A stretch of DNA of 64,000 nt from positions 22,349 to 86,348 of the forward strand of contig JABLXX010000004.1 of NCBI GenBank assembly GCA_013177825.1, written 5' to 3'. A program made the translations under genes and the position numbers. This stretch comes from Syntrophaceae bacterium. GTDB taxonomy: Bacteria; Desulfobacterota; Syntrophia; Syntrophales; PHBD01. Shown piece by piece: positions 45,793-54,835 of this stretch (positions are counted from its first letter, which is position 1; every line of letters begins with the position of its first letter). The notes under the pieces were generated by a model. It saw only the letters and a list, made by a program, of their open reading frames with translations, searched no databases and was not told the origin of the DNA.

Positions 45793-46614
45793 ATGGTTGC
45801 ATTCGTAAAAAATTCGGATCCGGGTCTGATCGGGAACATTCTCCCGAAAGGCGGCGAATCGTCGGCCGGTTCCACCGGCGGAGCGTTCCGGGGGGAGGCG
45901 GCCTTCGAGTCCCTCCTGAAGCAAGCCCTGACCGCGGCAGAAAATGCGAATGCCGGACAGGTACAGAATTCCGGCGCACTCGCTCGGACCCTCATGGAGC
46001 GGATGCAGGTCCGGGCGACAGACCGGCTCCTCCGGCTGATGTCCGGAGACCAGGCAGGAGAGATGCGGGAGCAGGACGGAAAGATTCTGGAACAGCTCCT
46101 TGAGGCGGCGGCCCGCACGGTTCGGGAAACGGCACCTCGGTCCCTTCCCGACGAGGCGAGCCGGTCGGTTGCCGAGGCGGCATCGACCACGGTCCGGAGC
46201 GGGGGGGGGCGGAAGGGCAGCATGGCGGAATCGGCTGAACTGAAAGAGATCATCGATAAGGCCGCGGACCGGTATGGAGTCGACCCCTCTCTGGTCCGGT
46301 GCGTGATCCGGGCGGAGAGCGGTTTTCATCCCCGGAGCACATCTCCAAAGGGGGCCATGGGGCTCATGCAGCTGATGCCCGCCACGGCCCGCGACCTGGG
46401 AGTAAAGGATGCCTATAACCCGGAGGAGAACGTCCATGCCGGCACACGGTACCTGAAATCCCTCCTGGATCGTTACGACGGGGACGTCTCCCGGGCATTG
46501 GCTGCCTATAACTGGGGCATGGGAAACGTGGATCGCCGTCCCGACCGCCTTCCGGAGGAAACCAGGCGATACGTATCCGGAATCATGAGAGAATACCAGA
46601 GATCGTCGGCGTGA
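45793..46614 (+). CDS. Lytic transglycosylase (SLT domain) without a recognisable signal peptide
   Basis: ATG 45793 with an AGGGAG ribosome-binding site. SLT motifs VIRAESGFHPRSTSPKGAMGLMQLMPATA and AYNWG. The N-terminal ~150 aa are non-hydrophobic. Confidence 0.85.
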   Translation: MVAFVKNSDPGLIGNILPKGGESSAGSTGGAFRGEAAFESLLKQALTAAENANAGQVQNSGALARTLMERMQVRATDRLLRLMSGDQAGEMREQDGKILEQLLEAAARTVRETAPRSLPDEASRSVAEAASTTVRSGGGRKGSMAESAELKEIIDKAADRYGVDPSLVRCVIRAESGFHPRSTSPKGAMGLMQLMPATARDLGVKDAYNPEENVHAGTRYLKSLLDRYDGDVSRALAAYNWGMGNVDRRPDRLPEETRRYVSGIMREYQRSSA

Positions 46615-46732
46615 TCGGGACTGTCCGCCCGATTGTGACCAGCCCCTCCTTTCTGTGCAGATCCCAAGGAATTGTTTGACTTCTTCGGCAAAAACAGAGT
46701 AGAACGGCTCTCTCAAACGGAGGAGGAAGGGG

Positions 46733-47002
46733 ATGCCGGATTACTGGGTAAAGATTACCGAACGGGAAGAGGATGAGATTCAGCACCATCACTATCTGGT
46801 AGCGGCGAAAAGCGACGTCGAGGCCAGAAGGATGGCCATGCGGTTCGTGGAACGGTTTTTTGACGACGACGAGAACCCCGAGCAGATCGACAGCGGCTTT
46901 TCCTTCTACAACCGGGCGATCGACGTCCAGATCAGCGACATCAAGGAAACGACCCGGGAACGCTTCAAGGATTTTCTCCTGAAATTGCACACCATCGGCT
47001 GA
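46733..47002 (+). CDS. Small acidic hypothetical protein (89 aa)
   Basis: Strong GGAGGAGGAAGG ribosome-binding site. Normal composition. Followed by a terminator. Confidence 0.55.
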   Translation: MPDYWVKITEREEDEIQHHHYLVAAKSDVEARRMAMRFVERFFDDDENPEQIDSGFSFYNRAIDVQISDIKETTRERFKDFLLKLHTIG

Positions 47003-47143
47003 AGTCAGGCCGCGGGAAAGAGCCGCCCGGCATTTCCGCCGGCGACGCGGTCCGCTCCGCCCTTTCCAGTCCCGACTTTTCATAATTCCACCTGATCGCG
47101 GGTCTCCTTTCCCGGGAATTTTCGCCCTTGCATGAAAAAGAAA

Positions 47144-47180
47144 CGCCGGGCTCTCCTGGAGGAGCCCGGCGTTATTTTTT
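47144..47180. terminator. Bidirectional rho-independent terminator
   Basis: CGCCGGGCTC(t)CC-tgga-GGAGCCCGGCG, flanked by an A-run upstream and TTATTTTTTT downstream. It can serve the converging genes on both strands. Confidence 0.75.
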
Positions 47181-47215
47181 TGACGCTCTGTTATGCCGTT
47201 CGGACCGTTTCGCCT

Positions 47216-47806
47216 CTATCTGAAGGCTGCCTTGACGCCGGCGTCCCTCAGGACAGCCACGACGGCCTGGTTGATCGTGGCATAGGCATTCTTCTCTCTT
47301 GCCGTGAAGTCTTTCGGATCGCTCACCTGGACCGTCTTGATCTTATACTGGTTCTTGTACTTCAGGACCCCGTCCCGCTCGATCCGGATGCTGAAGTCAA
47401 ATTCTTCTTCCGTCCAGCGGTCGATGATGAGCTTCAGGTCCGGAATATGGGTAAGCGGGCTTTCATGGGCGACCTGCATGCCCGCCATCCACATGGCGTC
47501 ACGGAAACAGTCCATGACGAAGTAGTCCAGCGGGACCGATGCTTCGTACGCAATCCTGGAGTCGGCGCTGAAGTAGGCGTATCGCTTCGTCTTCTGGTCG
47601 TTGTTGATGAAATCGTTCAGGTCGATGGTCTTCCCGCTGTAAAACGAAGTGACGTCCTTGGGGATTTCCGGCTTGTACAGGTGACGCTGCAGCGCGACCT
47701 TGTGTTCTGCCACCACGCAGCCCGCCAGCATCCAGACCGCCGCGAGCAGAAGGGAAAAAAACATGACGCCGCGGGCCGTCTTCGTCCGCTTGCCGATTCG
47801 ATCCAT
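47216..47806 (-). CDS. Lipoprotein of unknown function
   Basis: Lipobox WMLAGC after a signal helix. Balanced composition, unlike the overlapping + strand ORF at 47132-47869. Confidence 0.7.
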   Translation of the reverse strand: MDRIGKRTKTARGVMFFSLLLAAVWMLAGCVVAEHKVALQRHLYKPEIPKDVTSFYSGKTIDLNDFINNDQKTKRYAYFSADSRIAYEASVPLDYFVMDCFRDAMWMAGMQVAHESPLTHIPDLKLIIDRWTEEEFDFSIRIERDGVLKYKNQYKIKTVQVSDPKDFTAREKNAYATINQAVVAVLRDAGVKAAFR

Positions 47807-48163
47807 GATGTCCGCCTCCTTGGATGGGATTTTCTGAGCGAAACCTTATCACAATCGCAACCACCGTGAAATGGGAAAAGGGATGCCGGAGCGCTCCTGC
47901 GTCCCCGGGCGGACTGATCTGGAGGAGGACCTCCGGGCGCGTGATCTCCTTGAAAGAATCGTTTGAATGAAGTATAAAAATCCCGGGTTTTTTAAAACCG
48001 GCCCGGGCAGGCCGTCCCATTTCCCATCTGCAGGATCTGAAATCTCTTTTCCTCCGCTCTGTAATTCGAAGCCGCTTCTTTTTCATGTGTCCCGTTCTTC
48101 TCTTCGTGAGGGACCGTCCGGTCCGCCATGAACCGTTAAATTCCGGATCCGGAGGAGAAGACC

Positions 48164-49012
48164 ATGAAAGAGAAGGTCCTGATTCTTGCCGTCGCTTTGT
48201 GGATTGCCGCCTCCCCGGCGGGGGCCTCGCAACCGGCGGATTTACCGGCAGCCCCCCCGGCGGCCGGACTCTCCCGGGAAACCAAGGCCGTCCTTTTGAA
48301 TGCAACGGCCGCGGCGGCGGTCATCGGCTGGGGAATCGCCGTATGGGATTACGGGCAGCGGAGCCCCCGCTTCCGGGACGAGGGCTGGTTCGAACGCACC
48401 TCCAACGAGGGAGGGGCCGACAAACTCGGGCATTTCTATTCAGGCTATGTTCTGAGCCACCTGTTCGACTACCAGTACCGGCGCTGGGGGTTTGAAAAGG
48501 AGCAGGCCATCCGGCTGGGTGTGCTCTCATCCGCCGGGCTGACGCTGCTCGTCGAACTGGGCGATTCCTTCAGCGAATTCGGATTTTCCTATCAGGATGC
48601 CCTGTTCAGCGTGCTGGGAGCCGCCGCCGGCTACGGCATGGTCCGTTTTCCCGAGGTCGCCCGAAAGGTGGATTTCCGCGTCGAATACGATCCCTTCCGC
48701 TCCAGTACCCGCAAGAAGGACGTGACGACCGACTACGACCGGCTCAAGTTCCTGGCGGCGGTCAAGCTGGACGGGTTCGACGCCTTCCGGGACACGCCTC
48801 TCGGGTCTCTGGAGCTGCATCTGGGTTACTATGCAAGGGGATATGACGAGTACGACGAACTGACCGGGCAGAACGACGGCCGACGCCGGAAGGTTTATGT
48901 GGGGGTCGGCCTGAACGTGGGGAAGCTGCTGAAGCCTCTCTGGGACACTCGGCTGTTCAACTACATCCAGCTGCCGTACACCTATGCTCCTTACAATCAC
49001 CGGCTGGATTGA
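48164..49012 (+). CDS. Exported protein, DUF2279-like N-terminal part plus a beta-rich C-terminal part (outer-membrane-like)
   Basis: Signal peptide MKEKVLILAVALWIAASPAGA. GADKLGHFYSGYVLSHL resembles DUF2279. The C-terminus has alternating beta-strand-like segments. Function uncertain. Confidence 0.5.
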   Translation: MKEKVLILAVALWIAASPAGASQPADLPAAPPAAGLSRETKAVLLNATAAAAVIGWGIAVWDYGQRSPRFRDEGWFERTSNEGGADKLGHFYSGYVLSHLFDYQYRRWGFEKEQAIRLGVLSSAGLTLLVELGDSFSEFGFSYQDALFSVLGAAAGYGMVRFPEVARKVDFRVEYDPFRSSTRKKDVTTDYDRLKFLAAVKLDGFDAFRDTPLGSLELHLGYYARGYDEYDELTGQNDGRRRKVYVGVGLNVGKLLKPLWDTRLFNYIQLPYTYAPYNHRLD

Positions 49013-49108
49013 AAGAGGGAGCCTTGAGCCGCGTTCCATCCCTGGTGCGTGTGGAATGTGGGGGTGCAAGGCCGGCTTCGATCGAGGCAGTGCCGTGATG
49101 GCCGGCGT

Positions 49109-50497
49109 TCAGAAGGCCTTGAGCAGGCGGTTGGACGGGAATTCCCGAAGCATTTTCTCGAACTCCCGCAGGCTGGCGGACAGCTCTTCCAGCGCCTCCG
49201 TCCGGAGGATGGGGATGTCATCCGTCCCCCGCCTGTCCAGGGCGTCCAGGACATACGCAATCGTCAGCCGGTCCGGGTCCACCGCCGGCTGGAACCCCGC
49301 CTCGCCGGGCCGCTCCGCCGATACTTCCGCCAGAATCCCGCACTCCGTCAGCTCGCTCAGGATCGCCGCCAGAAGTTTGTGCGGGATCCCCGTCATGAGA
49401 TGGAGTCCCGCTGCCGTGAGCGGCGCCCCCGGCTCAGTAAAATTCCTGCAGACGCGGTTCGCCACCCAGAGGGCGAGGGTCTTGCGGAAGGCGGGGCTTA
49501 CCCGCTCCGCGTCGGGACCGAATTCCAGAAAATCCGCATTCTGGTGGGCCTGGGAAACCTCGGCCCCCGCCAGGACGATGAGCCAGCTGATCTGCAGCCA
49601 GGCCAGCAGGAGCGGCAGGGCGGCGAAACTGCCGTAGATGGCGTTGTATTCGGCCACCCCAACCTGGAAGGTGATGTAGACCCACTGGACGATCTGGTAG
49701 ACCGTTCCGGCAAGGATCCCCGCAAAGAGCGCCGACTGCCAGCGGACCTTCGTGTTCGGAAGGAACATGTACAGGAACGTGAAGAGGCCCCACATGATGC
49801 AGTAGGGGGCGTATTTCAGGGTGAAAAGGATAAGAGGCTGGAGGGCTCCGAGAAACTCGAGTTTCTGTGTCAGCACTTTCGCCTGCGAGGCGAGAAAGAC
49901 CGTTGCACTCCCGGACACCACCAGGAGTACCGGGGCCACAAACATGACCGACAGATAGTCCGTGATCTTCCGGGAAAGGGAGCGGTCTTTCCGGACTCCC
50001 CAGATGACGTTGAGGGCATTCTCGATATTGCCGACGAGCTTGATGATCGTCCAGAACAGGAGGCCCACGCCGACGCCGGCCACGAGTCCCCCCTTCGTCC
50101 TGGCCAGGAGGGAGTTTGCGAAGGAGAATACGTTGGTCAGGATCTCCTCTTGGCCGGGGAATTTCTCCAGGAGGCGCTGCTGGAGTACGGACTGAAAATC
50201 GAAGCCCTTGGCGATGCCGAAGGCCAGGGCCACGACGGGAACGATGGAGAGTAGGGTGTAAAAGGTCAGAGCGCTGGCCTGGAGGGGGCCGCGATGCTCG
50301 GCGAATTCCCGCCCGGCTGCCAGCAGGACCCGCAGGTTTCCCACGAGAAGGGCTTTCCCCCGGGACAGGTCCCGGAGGCGGATACGCCAGATGTCGGTCC
50401 TGAAGTATCGAATCAGCCGGTCCATCAATGTCTTCACACCCTTTTCATAAATACCGTCCGCTTGCCGAACGGGGGGGCCGTCGAGCGGCACAATCAA
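49109..50497 (-). CDS. YihY/BrkB-family membrane protein with a C-terminal soluble extension
   Basis: ASALTFYTLLSIVPVVALAFGIAKGF and six TM helices typical of YihY. About 120-aa C-terminal, possibly winged-helix, domain. Confidence 0.8.
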   Translation of the reverse strand: MIVPLDGPPVRQADGIYEKGVKTLMDRLIRYFRTDIWRIRLRDLSRGKALLVGNLRVLLAAGREFAEHRGPLQASALTFYTLLSIVPVVALAFGIAKGFDFQSVLQQRLLEKFPGQEEILTNVFSFANSLLARTKGGLVAGVGVGLLFWTIIKLVGNIENALNVIWGVRKDRSLSRKITDYLSVMFVAPVLLVVSGSATVFLASQAKVLTQKLEFLGALQPLILFTLKYAPYCIMWGLFTFLYMFLPNTKVRWQSALFAGILAGTVYQIVQWVYITFQVGVAEYNAIYGSFAALPLLLAWLQISWLIVLAGAEVSQAHQNADFLEFGPDAERVSPAFRKTLALWVANRVCRNFTEPGAPLTAAGLHLMTGIPHKLLAAILSELTECGILAEVSAERPGEAGFQPAVDPDRLTIAYVLDALDRRGTDDIPILRTEALEELSASLREFEKMLREFPSNRLLKAF

Positions 50498-51180
50498 TCC
50501 AGCTCAAGCATCTTGTAACCCTGAATGTCGAAGAGCCGCAGGCAGGCGTCCACGACGTCCTGGTCGAAGATGCTGCCCCGGTCCCCCTTCATGGAATAGA
50601 TGGCAACGTGGACCTCCCGGGCCGGCCGGTAGGCCCGCTTGGACGTGATTGCGTCCACCACGTCGGCAACCGCCAGAATACGCGATTCCAGGAGGATGCG
50701 CTTTCCCTTCAGGCCTCTCGGGTATCCGGAGCCGTCCATCCTCTCGTGATGCTCCCAGGCCATTCTCGCCACCGGCCAGGGAAAGCGGATTCCCTTCAGC
50801 ATTGCATACCCGATCTCGACATGGGTCTGCATGACCAGGGCCTCGCTTTCGTCCAGCCTCGCCTCCTTGTTGAGAACCGCACCCGGAACGTCGATCTTGC
50901 CGATATCATGAAGCAGGGCTGCCAGTCGGAGGCCGGTGATCCGGTTCTTGTCCAGATTCATCTGTTCGCCGATGGCGCGGGCGAGGTCGGCCACCCTGAA
51001 CTGGTGCCCTTCCTTGTATGTATCCCGGACTTCAAGGCTGACCGCAATGGCCCTGGCCAGGGCGAAAGCCCGCTGGAGGCTTCTCTCCGGACTGAGCTCC
51101 GTCTTTTTTTTGGAGAACAGCTGCTGCATCTCCTTCAGCCGCTCCTCGATTTCCATCTTCATCCGTTCTACGTCGATCAT
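50494..51180 (-). CDS. Stand-alone HD-GYP domain protein
   Basis: Start at 51180 with a GGAGG ribosome-binding site; the longer track ORF would overlap the crp-like gene. Motifs LLHDIGKIDVP and WEHHERMDGSGYPRGL. Confidence 0.85.
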   Translation of the reverse strand: MIDVERMKMEIEERLKEMQQLFSKKKTELSPERSLQRAFALARAIAVSLEVRDTYKEGHQFRVADLARAIGEQMNLDKNRITGLRLAALLHDIGKIDVPGAVLNKEARLDESEALVMQTHVEIGYAMLKGIRFPWPVARMAWEHHERMDGSGYPRGLKGKRILLESRILAVADVVDAITSKRAYRPAREVHVAIYSMKGDRGSIFDQDVVDACLRLFDIQGYKMLELD

Positions 51181-51256
51181 TGATTTCACCTCCAAGAAAG
51201 GTGGACATGCCATTGTAACACAATCACCGGCCGAAAACTGACCTGTTGTCGCGGGA

Positions 51257-51928
51257 TCAGCTTCCCTCCGCCATCTGCACGAGAGACGGCCGGTCCAGCA
51301 GGCGGACGACCCGCCCCTCCGTACGGAGAAGGCCTTCATTGCTCATTTTCTTGATGGCCCTGGAGAGGGCCTCCGGGGTGGCACCCAGGATTTTTGCCAG
51401 TTCGCGCTGGGTAATCGGCAGCGCAACGGAATCCGCGGCCGCACCGGGTTTCAGGCTCAGCAGATACGTCGCCAGGCGCTGGGGGATCTCCATGAGCGAC
51501 AGGGACTCCACGAGCGCCATGGATTCTCTCAGGCGGCGCGAGAGAACCCGGATGATGTTCAGGAGGAGAGAGGGTTCCTGGCGGGAGATCTCTTCGATGA
51601 CAGGGCCGGGGATGACAAGCAGGCTCCCCTCCTCGAGGGCCATGGCGCTGGCGGGGAAGGAATCGACGGCGAAGGCCGTGCACAGGCCGAAAGGTTCTCC
51701 CGGGCCGAGCACATAAAGTGTCTGTTCTTTTCCTTCCGCGGAACTCTTGTAGAGCTTCACCCTGCCCGAAAGAATCACATAAAAGGCCCGGGCCGGATCC
51801 TCCTCCCCGATGATCAGGTCTCCCGGGCGAAAGGGTTTCCGGACGACCTGTGTCGCCAGGGCGTTCATGCGTTCCCGGCCGATCCCCTCGAACAGGGCGA
51901 CCTCCCGGATCTGTTTTGCCGTATCCAT
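51257..51928 (-). CDS. Crp/Fnr-family transcription regulator (no FNR-type Cys cluster)
   Basis: cNMP-binding fold (FRPGDLIIGEEDPARAFYVILSGRVKLY). HTH ITQRELAKILGATPEALSRAIKKM carries the E--SR recognition motif of the FNR class. Confidence 0.9.
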   Translation of the reverse strand: MDTAKQIREVALFEGIGRERMNALATQVVRKPFRPGDLIIGEEDPARAFYVILSGRVKLYKSSAEGKEQTLYVLGPGEPFGLCTAFAVDSFPASAMALEEGSLLVIPGPVIEEISRQEPSLLLNIIRVLSRRLRESMALVESLSLMEIPQRLATYLLSLKPGAAADSVALPITQRELAKILGATPEALSRAIKKMSNEGLLRTEGRVVRLLDRPSLVQMAEGS

Positions 51929-51946
51929 GATTTTTTTCTGCCGGCG

Positions 51947-51960
51947 TTGATCCAGATCAA
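51947..51960. promoter_or_regulatory. Perfect FNR/CRP-class palindrome TTGAT-N4-ATCAA
   Basis: TTGATccagATCAA in the divergent crp-like/trxA region. Lies 19 nt upstream of the crp-like start codon and about 106 nt upstream of the trxA ATG. Confidence 0.75.
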
Positions 51961-52065
51961 TGACGCATTCTGCGTCCTCCTGTAGGGATGAATCAACGGG
52001 ATGGAAATTCTAACACAGCCGTCCCACTGAAACCACGAAAGTTTACGCATAAGGAGGAAGGAAAA

Positions 52066-52401
52066 ATGAATACCCGGGAACATTTGAAGTCCGTGAACGA
52101 TGCATCCTTCGACGTTGAGGTGCTGAAGGCGGAGCGGCCGACACTGGTCGATTTCTGGGCGCCCTGGTGCGGACCCTGCCGGGCGATGGGGCCCGTCCTT
52201 GAGGAAATCGCCCGGGATTACGAAGGGCGACTGAACGTGGTCAAGGTCAATGTGGACGAGAATCCGAAGACGTCGCTCCTGTACGGGGTGCGGAGCATCC
52301 CGACGCTCCTGGTGATCCGGGACGGAGAGGTCCGGGAAACCCGGGTCGGCATGCTGCCGCGGGAGCAGCTTGCCGCCATCGTCGACCGCAGTCTCCAGTA
52401 A
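52066..52401 (+). CDS. trxA: Thioredoxin
   Basis: 111 aa from the ATG at 52066. LVDFWAPWCGPCRAM active site and SIPTLLVIRDGEV. Confidence 0.95.
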   Translation: MNTREHLKSVNDASFDVEVLKAERPTLVDFWAPWCGPCRAMGPVLEEIARDYEGRLNVVKVNVDENPKTSLLYGVRSIPTLLVIRDGEVRETRVGMLPREQLAAIVDRSLQ

Positions 52402-52527
52402 GAACGCGACCCGGCCCAGCGGGATGCCGGGCCGATCGCTTCCCGATGCATTCCCGCCCGCTCCCGGCACCCGGTTTCCGGGTACCGGGAAGCAGGCGGA
52501 AGGCCCTGAAAACGCGAGGAATGAACG

Positions 52528-53520
52528 ATGATGAAGATCCTTGGAACCCTGAACCGGAACCTGGCGGTTGCGATCCCGGCAGCCATGGCGCTGGGGTTCG
52601 CCGTCGGCATGGTGATGGATGCGCGGGTCCTGAAAGGAGGGATCCTGCCCCTTACCTTCCTGATGGTCTATCCCATGATGGTGACGATGAAGCTCCGGAA
52701 GATCCTGGAGGGCGGGGACGGGAAGGCCCAGGCGATGGCCCAGGCCATGAACTTCGGGATCGTCCCCTTCGCCGCCTTCGGGCTGGGTCTGGCCTTCTTT
52801 CCCGGCCGGCCCTTCCTGGCCCTGGGGCTGCTCCTGGCGGCGCTGGTGCCGACGAGCGGCATGACCATCGCCTGGACGGGCTTCGCAAAGGGGAACGTCG
52901 AGGCGGCGGTGAAGATGACCGTCGTGGGGCTGATCCTGGGCTCGCTCCTGACGCCCCTCTACCTCAACTCCCTCCTGGGAGCGAAGGTGGCCGTCGACCT
53001 CCCGGCCGTATTCGGGCAAATCCTGCTTACGGTCTTTCTGCCCATGGCGGCGGGGTACGCGACACAGCGCGCGCTGGTCCGGCGTTACGGTCAGCGGGAT
53101 TTTGAAAAGCGACTGGCACCACGCTTTCCGGCTTTTTCAACCCTGGGCGTCCTGGGGATCGTCTTCGTCGCCGTGGCCCTGAAAGCAAGGGAGATCGCCG
53201 CCCATCCGCTCCTGGTCGGAGAGGTGCTCGTTCCGGTAATCCTCCTCTATGGGGGAAATTACCTGCTCGGTGCCTTGGCAGGGAAGACGTTCCTGAACCG
53301 GGAAGACGCCATCGCCCTCGTGTACGGGACGGTCATGCGGAACCTTTCCATTGCCATGGCCGTGGCCATGAACGCCTTCGGAGAGGCGGGCGCCGAGGCG
53401 GCCCTGGTCATCTGCGCGGCCTATCTCGTCCAGGTCCAGTCCGCCGCCTGGTCCGTCGGCTGGGTGAAGCGGTTCTTCGAGCCGCGGATCCTTCCCGTTG
53501 CAGCACCCGAAGAGTCCTGA
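52528..53520 (+). CDS. SBF/ACR3-like (bile acid:Na+ symporter superfamily) permease
   Basis: 330 aa, about 10 TM helices. LMVYPMMVTM and AALVPTSGMTIAWTGFAKGN resemble ACR3/SBF motifs, but the ACR3 Cys is absent. Confidence 0.65.
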   Translation: MMKILGTLNRNLAVAIPAAMALGFAVGMVMDARVLKGGILPLTFLMVYPMMVTMKLRKILEGGDGKAQAMAQAMNFGIVPFAAFGLGLAFFPGRPFLALGLLLAALVPTSGMTIAWTGFAKGNVEAAVKMTVVGLILGSLLTPLYLNSLLGAKVAVDLPAVFGQILLTVFLPMAAGYATQRALVRRYGQRDFEKRLAPRFPAFSTLGVLGIVFVAVALKAREIAAHPLLVGEVLVPVILLYGGNYLLGALAGKTFLNREDAIALVYGTVMRNLSIAMAVAMNAFGEAGAEAALVICAAYLVQVQSAAWSVGWVKRFFEPRILPVAAPEES

Positions 53521-53595
53521 CGCCGGGCCCGCGTCCGCATTTGCCTCGGCGCAATCCGGCAGGACGGATCACCGTCTGCCGGGCCCAGTTTTTCT

Positions 53596-53622
53596 TTGAC
53601 ATTAGAACGGTCGTTCTATATG
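53596..53622 (+). promoter_or_regulatory. Sigma70-like promoter with an embedded GAAC-N4-GTTC (Cheo-box type) LexA operator upstream of dinB
   Basis: TTGACAtTAGAACggtcGTTCTATATG. A perfect 6+6 inverted repeat, TAGAAC/GTTCTA, lies between the -35 and an AT-rich -10. Confidence 0.7.
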
Positions 53623-53654
53623 CATGCCTCAAGAAAAACTGGAAACGCCATGGC

Positions 53655-54770
53655 ATGAACCCATCGCTCCCCCCGGAGGAAAACCGGACCCTGAACGGCT
53701 CCCCGGCCAGAAGGATCCTCCATATCGACATGGACGCCTTCTTCGCCGCCGTGGAGGAGAAGCGGAACCCCGCCCTCAGGGGGAAGCCGGTGATCATTGG
53801 GGGCATGGGCGACCCGTCCCGGCGGGGCGTCGTCTCCACGGCGAACTACGAGGCCAGGAAATTCGGCGTCCACTCCGCCATGCCCCTCAAGACGGCTCTG
53901 CGCCTCTGTCCCCGGGGCGTCTTTCTTCCCGTGGATTTCGAGGCCTACGAGGCCGCGTCACGGACATTCAAGGGCGTGCTCCTGGGCATCGGTGCCCCCA
54001 TGGAGGACGTCGGGATCGACGAGGCCTACCTGGATCTCTCGCTTCTGGAAGATACAAACGAGGCCGTCGCCGGGAGGATCAAGGCGGGCATCCGGGAAGC
54101 GACCGGCCTGACCTGCTCCATCGGCATCGCCCCCAACAAGCTCCTGGCCAAGATCGCCTCGGATCTCGAGAAGCCCGACGGCCTCACGATCATAGGCGAA
54201 AGCGACATCGAGACCCGGATCTGGCCCCTTCCCATCCGCAAGCTCTACGGCATCGGCCCCAAGACGGAGGCCTCCCTCCGGGAGATGGACGTCCTCACTA
54301 TCGCCCAGCTGGCCGTGCTTCCCCTGGAGGTCCTGGTCGGCCGCTTCGGGGAATCCTATGGACATTACCTCCGGGAGGCCTCCCGGGGGATCGACGACAG
54401 TCCGCTGATCACCCACTGGGAACCGAAGTCTTTCAGCCGGGAGACGACCTTTCAGGCGGACGTCAGAGACTGGCAGGCCATCGCCCGGACCATCGCGGAG
54501 CAGGCTCGGGACGTGGCGTCGGACCTGGAGCGGAGGGGCTACCTGGCCCGGACGGTGACCCTGAAGGTCCGGTTCGACGATTTCCGGACTGTCACCCGGA
54601 GCTGCTCCCTCATCGACCCCGTCCGGAGCGAAGGCCTGATCCGGCGGGCGGCCTTCTCATGCCTCCAGCGCGTGGAGCTGCGGCGGAAGGTGAGGCTGAT
54701 CGGGGTCCGGGTGAGCAACCTGGAGAAGGGGGATCCGGGAGGCATGCCCCCGGGAAAGGGAATCTTTTAG
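53655..54770 (+). CDS. dinB: DNA polymerase IV (Y-family) DinB
   Basis: ILHIDMDAFFAAVEE, SIGIAPNKLLAKIASD and YGIGPKT motifs. ATG at 53655. Confidence 0.95.
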   Translation: MNPSLPPEENRTLNGSPARRILHIDMDAFFAAVEEKRNPALRGKPVIIGGMGDPSRRGVVSTANYEARKFGVHSAMPLKTALRLCPRGVFLPVDFEAYEAASRTFKGVLLGIGAPMEDVGIDEAYLDLSLLEDTNEAVAGRIKAGIREATGLTCSIGIAPNKLLAKIASDLEKPDGLTIIGESDIETRIWPLPIRKLYGIGPKTEASLREMDVLTIAQLAVLPLEVLVGRFGESYGHYLREASRGIDDSPLITHWEPKSFSRETTFQADVRDWQAIARTIAEQARDVASDLERRGYLARTVTLKVRFDDFRTVTRSCSLIDPVRSEGLIRRAAFSCLQRVELRRKVRLIGVRVSNLEKGDPGGMPPGKGIF

Positions 54771-54835
54771 ATTCTTTCAGGGAGGAGGCGCGCCGGCCGG
54801 ACGATCAGAAAAAACCGTTCATCTATAAAAACATA

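Noticed and set aside
47132-47869. 245-aa + strand ORF overlapping the lipoprotein gene.
   Set aside because: The minus-strand product has a signal peptide, a lipobox and balanced composition. The + strand start also sits inside the terminator hairpin. The + frame looks like an antisense artefact.
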